Source: Pseudomonadota bacterium (GTDB lineage: Bacteria > UBA10199 > 2-02-FULL-44-16 > JAAZCA01). Taken from it: a DNA stretch of 18,573 nt. The stretch lies in the NCBI GenBank assembly GCA_043822785.1, contig JBDRBN010000077.1, positions 1 to 18,573 of the forward strand. The letters are read 5' to 3'. Position numbers and translations under genes: made by a program. The notes under the pieces are model-generated. The model searched no databases and was not told the DNA's origin. It saw only the letters and a list, made by a program, of their open reading frames with translations. This document shows positions 1-7,482 of this stretch, piece by piece (positions within the stretch are counted from its first letter, which is position 1; every line of letters starts with the position of its first letter).

Positions 1-143
1 ACTTGAGCATTTGCGCCATGATGGTATTGTGATGAGCCATAAGCCTGTACCTCCTGTGAATACTGCGTTTGCGGGATCAAACCAGTATTCGTTTTAACAG
101 AAAGGGCAGGCTTTTTCTATGCTTTTAACCGGACAGTACTGTG

Positions 144-172
144 CGCAACTAAAAAAAAAAAAACGACGATAA
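144..172 (+). promoter_or_regulatory. Putative alternative-sigma promoter CGCAAC-N17-CGATAA with an A13 tract in the spacer
   Basis: Matches a motif seen 4 times in the window, always intergenic and upstream of a + strand gene. Confidence 0.55.
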
Positions 173-220
173 GATAATATATTTAGATCGAACATGAAAC
201 AGGGGGAGGAGGAGGATAAG

Positions 221-748
221 ATGGCAGACAAAGAGATGGCGGTTCACCCTATATTGGACGGCTTTCACCAGAACTTATCTCTAACATGGATCAACGGTCC
301 CTATTTCTCTCAACCCGAATCCGGAGAATATCGGGCAACTGATTGCTATTTTCCCGTAACATTAGAATCGGTGTTCAATCTCGGGGACAAGTGGATGTTA
401 TCGCTTGAGGGCAGCGTCGGCTATATTCATACGGGATATGATAGAATTTCTGGAATAGAAATCGTTGAGTCGAGAGGTGCGTCCGGCATGGGGGCGAGTG
501 CAGGGCTATCCTTTGGCCACATAGAAGTTCCACCTGAATTAATTGTTGAGATAGCGGCCGGATGGCGTGGCTTAGACCTTGTGGGAAAGGGAAACGCCGC
601 ACATAGCATCTACGTCCAGCCCCAGATCGAGTTGCATCCGTGTGGATATAGAGCGTTTATTGCTATCGGCATGGGTGGGAGCTATGTTCCCGAGGAGGAG
701 AACGCCGGTTTCCAGATGCAAATTGGAGGGGGATATACGTTCTTCTAA
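221..748 (+). CDS. Hypothetical protein, outer-membrane beta-barrel-like (alternative start at 194)
   Basis: Alternating Gly/aromatic beta-strand pattern, C-terminal GGGYTFF ending in Phe; GGAGGAGGA Shine-Dalgarno before ATG 221; no signal peptide visible. Confidence 0.55.
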   Translation: MADKEMAVHPILDGFHQNLSLTWINGPYFSQPESGEYRATDCYFPVTLESVFNLGDKWMLSLEGSVGYIHTGYDRISGIEIVESRGASGMGASAGLSFGHIEVPPELIVEIAAGWRGLDLVGKGNAAHSIYVQPQIELHPCGYRAFIAIGMGGSYVPEEENAGFQMQIGGGYTFF

Positions 749-819
749 CGCTCCCCACTTCCACCACCAACAACGAGGAAGTGTAGTAAATATTTTTGTG
801 AAGCCGATGGGTTTATAGC

Positions 820-1233
820 TCATCGGCCTTTTTGTTTTGTATAGGTCGCTTTTGACGTGTCGGATTCCCAGACTTCAACGCTAATAATTGGAAGTTCGAA
901 CTTCACCGCAGTATCAAATAGCATCTTGGCAATGGATTCAGCTGTGGGATTTGAATCCATGGCCAAAAAACGCTCATCTTTGGTTTTTAGCAGGTCTGCA
1001 ACAGGATCGTCTTTGTGCAGAAGAAGCACGTGATCTAGATTTTCTTCAAGCCATCTGCCTACGGTCTCCTTAAGCCTGTCAAAATGAAACACCATGCCCT
1101 TATCATCCAGAGCATCGCTACCTAAAACAAACGTTGCCCGGCCAGTATGACCGTGAAGATGTCTGCACTTGCCTTCATCTTTCAGCAGCCTGTGCCCATA
1201 ACAAAAAGAAAATGTCTTCGATACTGTAAACAT
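820..1233 (-). CDS. queD: 6-carboxytetrahydropterin synthase / PTPS family
   Basis: GHRL...GKCRHLHGH (CxxxHGH), LDH, NPTAE and VWES motifs. True start is MFTV at 1233 with AAGAGGA RBS; the longer ORF call reads through a repeat. Confidence 0.88.
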   Translation of the reverse strand: MFTVSKTFSFCYGHRLLKDEGKCRHLHGHTGRATFVLGSDALDDKGMVFHFDRLKETVGRWLEENLDHVLLLHKDDPVADLLKTKDERFLAMDSNPTAESIAKMLFDTAVKFELPIISVEVWESDTSKATYTKQKGR

Positions 1234-1247
1234 GCTTAATCCTCTTT

Positions 1248-1345
1248 TGTCATTGCGGGGACCTTGAGCGAAGTCGAAAGGGACGAAGCAATCTCCTTCA
1301 ATCAAGGGGATCGCCACGTCGGCTTTCAGCCTCCTCGCGATGACA
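1248..1345. repeat. REP-like palindromic dimer (TGTCATTGCG...GAAGCAATC plus inverted copy) with nested CCTTGAGCGAAGTCGAAAGG core
   Basis: Inverted ends TGTCATTGCG / CGCGATGACA; matches the copy at 4104-4140. Confidence 0.8.
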
Positions 1346-1366
1346 GACTGAACTTCTGGAACAGAG

Positions 1367-2098
1367 CTACCGCAACAACCTCCCCCCATCCACCGCTATA
1401 ACCTGTCCCGTAGTAGTATGTGCATCAAACACAAGCCATTTCACGAGCCCGACTATTTCTTCAATGGTGTTGGGCTTTCTCATAGGAGTTTTGTTTATGA
1501 GATCGACCCATCCCTTGTCCGACATATCATTTGGCCTTGTCACTAAATACGGCGCAATTGCGTTTACTCGAACGTGTGGCGCAAGCGTGCGCGCGAGCCC
1601 GCGAACCAAGGCTTCTATCCCTGCCTTTGCAATGCAATAGGGCAAATAGCTCCCATATGGTTTTTGCACAGCCACGTCAGAAAGAAAGATCATGGAGCCT
1701 TCTTTTTCTTTCATGTTCTGCGCTGCTGCTTGCGCAAGAAAAAAAGCAACTTTGAGATCAGCGTCTATTATTTCATCCCACTTTTCGCTAGTCACAGAGC
1801 CCAACGGTGTTTTTTCAAATAGCGATGCGCAGTGTATGAGCACATCGATTCCGCCCATTACTTCATTACAGCGCTCGATTAGGTGTAGAGGCTCTTTTGG
1901 TTTGGTGAGATCTATGCTCACTGCATCCACTAAGGCTGCAACGCCTCGTATGCTTTCCTTTAACTCAAGGGCCTTATCCTTGTTTCTATGGTATCCTAGC
2001 ACCATTTTGGCGCCTGTTTCTGCCAAGGCTTGTGTGAAGGCCGTGCCCAAAGAGCCGGTTGCGCCAGTAATCAGAATCCTTTTTTCATTTGAAGACAT
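1367..2098 (-). CDS. SDR oxidoreductase, FolM/pteridine reductase-like
   Basis: TGATGSLG Rossmann motif, ASLF, YCIAK (YxxxK), VRVNAIAP, TGQVIAVDGG; directly upstream of queD. Confidence 0.85.
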   Translation of the reverse strand: MSSNEKRILITGATGSLGTAFTQALAETGAKMVLGYHRNKDKALELKESIRGVAALVDAVSIDLTKPKEPLHLIERCNEVMGGIDVLIHCASLFEKTPLGSVTSEKWDEIIDADLKVAFFLAQAAAQNMKEKEGSMIFLSDVAVQKPYGSYLPYCIAKAGIEALVRGLARTLAPHVRVNAIAPYLVTRPNDMSDKGWVDLINKTPMRKPNTIEEIVGLVKWLVFDAHTTTGQVIAVDGGRLLR

Positions 2099-2242
2099 GG
2101 GGCCTCCCTACCCGCTGTGTGTAAAAATTGCTAGAACAATTGCAAATCAGGCTTTTATTCTGTTTTTTGCCCTATTTTTAGCAGCATAACATCTTGATAT
2201 CATTACACTATTTATCGATGTGCGCAAAAGACGCATTGTTTA

Positions 2243-2270
2243 CGCAACATTTTTTGAAAACAACCGATAA
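2243..2270 (+). promoter_or_regulatory. Putative alternative-sigma promoter CGCAAC-N16-CGATAA
   Basis: Recurrent motif, 36 nt upstream of ATG 2307. Confidence 0.6.
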
Positions 2271-2306
2271 TTGAACTGGAGGGGGATACCTGAATCAGGA
2301 GAAGTC

Positions 2307-3125
2307 ATGAAGACAAGAACTTTTATCTCAATTTTTATTTTAGTTGCCATAGCTTTGATTTCAGCACCAGCTTTTGCTGCTGACAGCGATGGCGATGGCG
2401 TAACAGATGGCGTGGATAACTGTGACTTGCATCCCAATGGCGCATGTCAGGTTCAGGAGTTATATTGCGACGTGAACCAGGATACGGTCGTAACTGCTGC
2501 TGAAAAGGGTGCTGGAAATCAGGCAGACTGGAACAAAAACGGGATAGGCGATGCCTGCGAGGATTTCGACGCAGATGGTTTTGATGATTATCTCGACAAT
2601 TGTCCAGGCGTAGTCAATCCCACTCAAGATCCAGATGCATGCACAGACTTTGACGGCGATCATATATATGATGATGTGGACAACTGCCTGGAAGATTATA
2701 ATCCAGAACAGGATGATCGCGATCTAGATGGCGTGGGCGATGCTTGCGACAACTGCTTGTTCGTGGCTAACTTAAGCCAGCTAGACACTGACAACGATGG
2801 TTTTGGCGATGCCTGCATGGCTGACTATGATGGCGATGGAATTGGTGACGACGACGACAACTGCCCTACGGTATTTAACCCGGGTCAAGAGAATACAGGC
2901 GGCATGTCTCGCGGAGATGCATGCGAAACCCAGGCTGCCATGCCCGCAGTTTCTACGCCTACCGGTGAACAAGATCCCAGATATACATCACTTGGAACTC
3001 ACAGCAGCTGCAGTATTTTGGCAGGTTATGGCGCTGTGAGCCTGCCAGGTAGCATGTTATCAATCCTTCTCATGGTTGCTTCAGCAGCAATTATATCGGA
3101 TTTTCGCCGACTTAGGGCCTTATAA
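2307..3125 (+). CDS. Secreted thrombospondin type-3 repeat Ca-binding protein with a MYXO-CTERM-like C-terminal anchor
   Basis: AGGAG RBS; signal peptide ending AFA; many DxDxDGxGDACDNC/NPxQ repeats; C-terminal SSC, hydrophobic helix, RR. Confidence 0.85.
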   Translation: MKTRTFISIFILVAIALISAPAFAADSDGDGVTDGVDNCDLHPNGACQVQELYCDVNQDTVVTAAEKGAGNQADWNKNGIGDACEDFDADGFDDYLDNCPGVVNPTQDPDACTDFDGDHIYDDVDNCLEDYNPEQDDRDLDGVGDACDNCLFVANLSQLDTDNDGFGDACMADYDGDGIGDDDDNCPTVFNPGQENTGGMSRGDACETQAAMPAVSTPTGEQDPRYTSLGTHSSCSILAGYGAVSLPGSMLSILLMVASAAIISDFRRLRAL

Positions 3126-3132
3126 GAAAACG

Positions 3133-3160
3133 CGCAACTTTTGGCGTTAACTTTCGAAAA
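3133..3160 (+). promoter_or_regulatory. Putative alternative-sigma promoter CGCAAC-N16-CGAAAA
   Basis: Recurrent motif, 36 nt upstream of ATG 3197. Confidence 0.55.
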
Positions 3161-3196
3161 TACCTATGGCGGCAAGAAAACGAGCGTGTTAAGAGG

Positions 3197-4000
3197 ATGC
3201 CCATGATTATACGGCGTTTGGCCATTGCACTTCTTTTTGCCTTTATCCTTTTTGTGCCAATAGCAGCGCAAGCAGCTTGTACGGTCCACGAATATGGCAT
3301 CCTGTATCTGGATTCTGATTGTGATGGCGTCATCGACAACACGGATATGAGCGATTCTGACAATGACGGCATCCCTGATGGCGAGCCAGTAGATAACTGC
3401 ACTTTAGCCAGAAACGGCGACTGCGACAAAGATCAATACAACTGCGATGTAAACATGGACAACAACATCACCGATCTTGAGCTCAGGGCTGGATTTCAGA
3501 TCGATTGGAATAAAGATGGCATTGGCGACGCATGTGATGATGCTGACATGGACACAGTAGTGGATTATCTGGATACCTGCAGGAGCGTGTACAATCCCAC
3601 TCAAGATCCTGCTTTTTGCACAGACACAGATGGCGATCGGTTTGAAGATACCATCGACAACTGCCCCAATGACTACAACACAGATCAGCTGGATAGCGAT
3701 GGCGATGGCATAGGCGACTGGTGCGATAATTGTCGTAACCTCTATAATCCAGCGCAGGGTCAGTACGATTGTCCTTATGGTGACAGTGGTAGCGGTGGAT
3801 CCTCAGTTCAGTATAACACCACTCCGCCCACGCCTGCTGAAGGCGCTAACACTGATTTTGGCCCTGGCCGCTTGAAGGGTAACGGCTATGGCAATGGCTG
3901 CCAATTTTTAACTTTATCAAATTCGTTCCAAATTATGCCACTCATGGCCATAGCTGCTATGCTTGCAATAACAGCTATCCGCCGCAAGTTGTCATCCTGA
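3197..4000 (+). CDS. Second TSP3-repeat secreted protein (paralog of 2307-3125) with a MYXO-CTERM-like tail
   Basis: Signal peptide ending AQA; TSP3 repeats colinear with the upstream paralog; GNGC, hydrophobic helix, RRK tail. Confidence 0.85.
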   Translation: MPMIIRRLAIALLFAFILFVPIAAQAACTVHEYGILYLDSDCDGVIDNTDMSDSDNDGIPDGEPVDNCTLARNGDCDKDQYNCDVNMDNNITDLELRAGFQIDWNKDGIGDACDDADMDTVVDYLDTCRSVYNPTQDPAFCTDTDGDRFEDTIDNCPNDYNTDQLDSDGDGIGDWCDNCRNLYNPAQGQYDCPYGDSGSGGSSVQYNTTPPTPAEGANTDFGPGRLKGNGYGNGCQFLTLSNSFQIMPLMAIAAMLAITAIRRKLSS

Positions 4001-4044
4001 GCGAAGCCCCGCACCAGACGGTGCTGGGCGGAGTCGAAGGATCC
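3990..4044 (+). repeat. REP-like palindrome TGTCATCCTGAG...CGAAGGATC with an inner hairpin
   Basis: Near-identical inverted copy at 5052-5096; overlaps the stop codon at 3998-4000. Confidence 0.8.
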
Positions 4045-4103
4045 CCCCGCCCAATTCATCTGTTGAATAATCTAAAAAAGATAGATACTGAATAATGCGC
4101 CAG

Positions 4104-4140
4104 TGTCATTGCGAGGAGCGATAGTGACGAAGCAATCTCC
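4104..4140 (+). repeat. REP-like palindrome TGTCATTGCGAGGAGC...GACGAAGCAATCTCC
   Basis: Same family as 1248-1345. Confidence 0.8.
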
Positions 4141-4158
4141 GTAGTATAGGCTGATTTT

Positions 4159-7100
4159 ATGAACTCCGACTTTCTAAAAACACTCAAGGAACGTATTCTT
4201 GTTTTTGATGGCGCCATGGGCACCATGCTAGATGCCAAAGGCGCACGTGCAGAATGTAATGAGGAGCTTTGCCTCTCAAAGCCTGATGTCATCTCAGATA
4301 TTCATAGAGCCTATCTGGATGCAGGCGCAGACATAATAACCACAAACACCTTTGGTGCGTCTCGAGTCGTGCTGGCTGAACACGGCCTTGCAAACAGCGT
4401 GCAAGAAATAAACTTCGCAGCTGCAAAGCTTGCACGAAAGCAGGCAGAGGCAGCTTCTGGTGCGCACTTTGTTGCAGGAGAGCTCGGCCCTACTTCCAAA
4501 CTTCCCACACTTCTCAATATCGGCTTTGATGAGCTTGAGGCTGCCTATGCAGAGCAGATAGGCCCGCTCATGGATGGCGGCGTCCATATCATAATAATAC
4601 AAACGTGCCAGGATCCGCTTCAGGTCAAGGCAGCTGCTAGCGCGTGCAAAAGGGTTTTCAATAATAAGAAAACGCATCTTCCCATCATCGTATCTGTTAC
4701 CATAGAAAGAGTTGGCACCATGCTTCTGGGAACAGAAATTCTTGCAGCGCTTGCAACTATAGCTCCATATAAACCAATAGCGTTTGGCATAAACTGCGCA
4801 ACAGGTCCCAAGGATATGGAAGAGCATCTTGCCACCCTGGCAGATTCCTCTCCATTTCCCATTGTGTGCCAGCCCAACGCAGGAATGCCAGAAAACGTAG
4901 GAGGCAAATCCGTATATAATTTATCACCAAAGGAATTTGCCAAGATGCTTTGTGAATTTATACGCTCATATGGAATATCCATGGTTGGGGGATGCTGTGG
5001 CACAACTCCGGATCATATTGCGGCGCTTGCAACAGAACTTAGGCGAGAAACCCTTCGACTACGCCCAGCACCAGACGGTGCTGGGCTTCGCTCAGGGCAA
5101 GCGCGAGAAAGGTACAGTGATACTGTTTCAAGCCTGTACACTGCGGTTTCACTTGATCAGGAGCCAAAGCCGTTTCTCATTGCAGAGCAGACCAACGTGA
5201 ACGGATCCAAGAAATTCAGGGAGCTTCTTCTGGCATCGGATTATGATGCTATGGCAGACGTTGGAAAGGATGCTGCAAGGGCAAGCCATGCGCTGGACCT
5301 ATGCGTGGCATATGCCGGCAGGGATGAAAAGGCCGACCTTGTAGAAATGGTAAAGAGGCTGGCGCTTAAATCCGATGTGCCACTCATGATAGATTCCACG
5401 AATCCAGATGCACTCGAAGCTGCGCTTGCTTTGATTCCGGCTCGTCCTATCATCAACTCCATTAATCTGGAGGATGGGGGAGTAAAAGCTAAAAGGATCC
5501 TTGGCATTGCAAAGCGCTTTGGCGCAGCTGTGGTAGCGCTTACCATAGATGAGAGCGGCATGGCCAAGACAGTAAAGCGCAAGCTCGCCATAGCAAAACG
5601 CCTGGTGGATATGGCAAATGAAGAAGGGTTTGAAGTGGGCGATCTTCTCATCGATCCGCTCACATTTACTTTAGCCAGCGGAGACGCAGAGCTTAAAAGC
5701 GCAGGCAGAGAAACGCTTGATGCAATTGCCAACATCAAGAAAAGCATTTCCGGGGTCAGGGTTTTGCTGGGAGTCAGCAACATATCCTTTGGCCTGCCAC
5801 CAAAAGGCAGGAAGTTAGTTACCAGCGTTTTTCTACAGCGCGCTATCAAGTCAGGATTGGATGCTGCGATCATAAATCCTGCTAAAATAGTTCCCCTAGA
5901 TCAAATTCCAAAAGAAGCGCGGATTTTGTGCGAAAGACTCATAGGTGGAGATGATTCCAAAGGAGATCCGCTCTTAGAGTTTATTAAATACATCGAGACA
6001 TCCGACGTATCGTTTAAGGAGCACGCTGCAAAGTGCGCACCCAAGACGCCCGAAGAAGCACTTAGGCTCAAAGTCAAGGATGGAAGCAAAGAGGGCCTTG
6101 ATGCGCTCATCAAAGAGCTTCTTGAACGCACGCCACCCAAGGAGATAATAAACAGCGTACTGCTTCCTGCAATGCAGGAAGTGGGTGTGAGTTTCGGCAA
6201 AGGTGCTCTTGCGCTTCCCTTTGTGCTTCAGGCAGCTGAAACCATGCGGGCGAGCATAGATCTTCTTACTCCATATATGAAAGGCGAGGAAGTTGTTAAC
6301 AGGGCTACGATAGTGTTGGCTACCGTGCGCGGCGATGTGCACGATATAGGCAAGAATTTGGTGGATGCCATACTCTCCAACAACGGCTTTCGCGTTATAA
6401 ACCTGGGGATCAGGCAACCAGCCTCTGCTATTTTAGAAGCAGTGAAAGCGCACAACGCAGATGCAATAGGTTTATCAGGGCTTTTGGTGAGCTCCACCGA
6501 GATCATGCGCGAGGATTTGCAGGTGTTTCAAGAGGCTGGTTTGAATATTCCGGTTCTTTGTGGCGGAGCAGCGCTCACCAAATCCTTTGTAAAAGATACA
6601 TTGGCCAAGGCATATGAAGGCAAGGTGTGTTATTGTGTAGATGCGTTTTCAGGGCTAACTGAGATGGAGAACATTGCACAAGAACGTTGTCATCACATAG
6701 ACAAAAAACATATCACACCCCCATTTTTTGGAGCAGTCGTACTAGATGATATCCCTTTAGACGACGTAGAAGCGCTTCTGGATAAAAAGGCGCTTTTTCT
6801 ATCCCGCTGGCAATTTAGAAAGGGTGCAGACTCTAAGGCCCTTCCCATCTATGAGCGCATGATGGTCATGTGTCGCGCACAACACATCATCACACCCAAG
6901 ATCGTGTATGGCTATTTCAAATGCGAAAAGAAAAATAACGGCTTGATAGCATATAGTGATCAGGGCAAGCCATTTCGCTTTGATTTTCCAAGGGAGCGCA
7001 CAATGCCACATAGGTGTGTAGCTGATTTTTTTGACTTAGGATTTGTGGCCATTCAGCTTGCCACAGTAGGCGATGGCGTAAACGCAGCTGCTACAAAAAA

Positions 7101-7407
7101 ATTCAAAAACCACGAATACAGCGATGCGTTTTTTCTAAAAGGGCTTGCAGCATCATTTGCAGAAGCCACAACTCAATACGGGCACGATCTCATAAGAAAG
7201 GAGCTGGGCATTGCGCCTGATGTTGGCGAGCGCTTTAGCCCTGGGTATCCTGCATTTCCCGATCTTTCAGCACAGAAGAAGATCGCCCAACTTTTAAAAC
7301 CAACACGCATAGGCGTATCCCTCACTAAAACATATCAGCTCATCCCAGAACACTCCACCTCAGCCGTCGTATCGATCGACGAGAAGGCAGTGCGCTTCAG
7401 GCCATAA
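4159..7407 (+). CDS. metH: Cobalamin-dependent methionine synthase
   Basis: DGAMGT, INCATG and GGCCGT (Zn/homocysteine domain); TNVNGSKKF and IDST (pterin domain); DVHDIGKN and LSGLL (B12 binding); RFSPGYP (reactivation domain). Confidence 0.95.
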   Translation: MNSDFLKTLKERILVFDGAMGTMLDAKGARAECNEELCLSKPDVISDIHRAYLDAGADIITTNTFGASRVVLAEHGLANSVQEINFAAAKLARKQAEAASGAHFVAGELGPTSKLPTLLNIGFDELEAAYAEQIGPLMDGGVHIIIIQTCQDPLQVKAAASACKRVFNNKKTHLPIIVSVTIERVGTMLLGTEILAALATIAPYKPIAFGINCATGPKDMEEHLATLADSSPFPIVCQPNAGMPENVGGKSVYNLSPKEFAKMLCEFIRSYGISMVGGCCGTTPDHIAALATELRRETLRLRPAPDGAGLRSGQARERYSDTVSSLYTAVSLDQEPKPFLIAEQTNVNGSKKFRELLLASDYDAMADVGKDAARASHALDLCVAYAGRDEKADLVEMVKRLALKSDVPLMIDSTNPDALEAALALIPARPIINSINLEDGGVKAKRILGIAKRFGAAVVALTIDESGMAKTVKRKLAIAKRLVDMANEEGFEVGDLLIDPLTFTLASGDAELKSAGRETLDAIANIKKSISGVRVLLGVSNISFGLPPKGRKLVTSVFLQRAIKSGLDAAIINPAKIVPLDQIPKEARILCERLIGGDDSKGDPLLEFIKYIETSDVSFKEHAAKCAPKTPEEALRLKVKDGSKEGLDALIKELLERTPPKEIINSVLLPAMQEVGVSFGKGALALPFVLQAAETMRASIDLLTPYMKGEEVVNRATIVLATVRGDVHDIGKNLVDAILSNNGFRVINLGIRQPASAILEAVKAHNADAIGLSGLLVSSTEIMREDLQVFQEAGLNIPVLCGGAALTKSFVKDTLAKAYEGKVCYCVDAFSGLTEMENIAQERCHHIDKKHITPPFFGAVVLDDIPLDDVEALLDKKALFLSRWQFRKGADSKALPIYERMMVMCRAQHIITPKIVYGYFKCEKKNNGLIAYSDQGKPFRFDFPRERTMPHRCVADFFDLGFVAIQLATVGDGVNAAATKKFKNHEYSDAFFLKGLAASFAEATTQYGHDLIRKELGIAPDVGERFSPGYPAFPDLSAQKKIAQLLKPTRIGVSLTKTYQLIPEHSTSAVVSIDEKAVRFRP
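5051..5097 (-). repeat. REP-like palindrome inserted in frame in metH
   Basis: CCTTCGACTAC-GCCCAGCACCAGACGGTGCTGGGC-TTCGCTCAGG; reverse complement of 3996-4040 apart from the loop and two positions. Confidence 0.85.
7360..7407 (+). repeat. Direct repeat copy 1 (metH 3' end)
   Basis: 39/48 nt identical to 8509-8556 by manual alignment. Confidence 0.85.
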
Positions 7408-7426
7408 GAGAAGGCTGTAAGATTGA

Positions 7427-7445
7427 CCCTTCAACTGCGCTCAGA
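7427..7445 (-). repeat. Degenerate REP-like core CCCTTCAACTGCGCTCAGA
   Basis: Resembles the CCTTCGACTNCGCTCAGG core of the other copies. Confidence 0.45.
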
Positions 7446-7446
7446 A

Positions 7447-7475
7447 TTGACTTTATGATACACTTTATGTAAGCT
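7447..7475 (+). promoter_or_regulatory. Putative sigma70 promoter TTGACT-N17-TAAGCT for a leaderless fic transcript, overlapped by three CTTTATG repeats
   Basis: Exact 17-nt spacer; -10 ends 7 nt before ATG 7483; no Shine-Dalgarno. Confidence 0.5.
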
Positions 7476-7482
7476 TTATGTT

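Noticed and set aside
2..97. Open frame LEHLRHDG...NQYSF* that could be the 3' end of an upstream gene
   Set aside because: Too short and no recognisable motif; cannot be supported from this window
119..220. Poly-A frameshift joining an upstream signal peptide to the barrel-like ORF
   Set aside because: The upstream frame (MLLTGQYCAQLKKKK) is not a signal peptide; the tract fits better as a promoter spacer
1234..1389. 52-aa N-terminal extension of QueD in the ORF track
   Set aside because: It is the translated palindromic repeat; a good RBS precedes ATG 1233
4001..4158. Cobalamin or SAM riboswitch upstream of metH
   Set aside because: The structure is explained by two REP-like repeats; no B12-box or S-box consensus seen
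4294..7011. Antisense ORFs inside metH, and similar ones inside the other long genes
   Set aside because: Shadow ORFs of well-supported genes, with no motifs of their own
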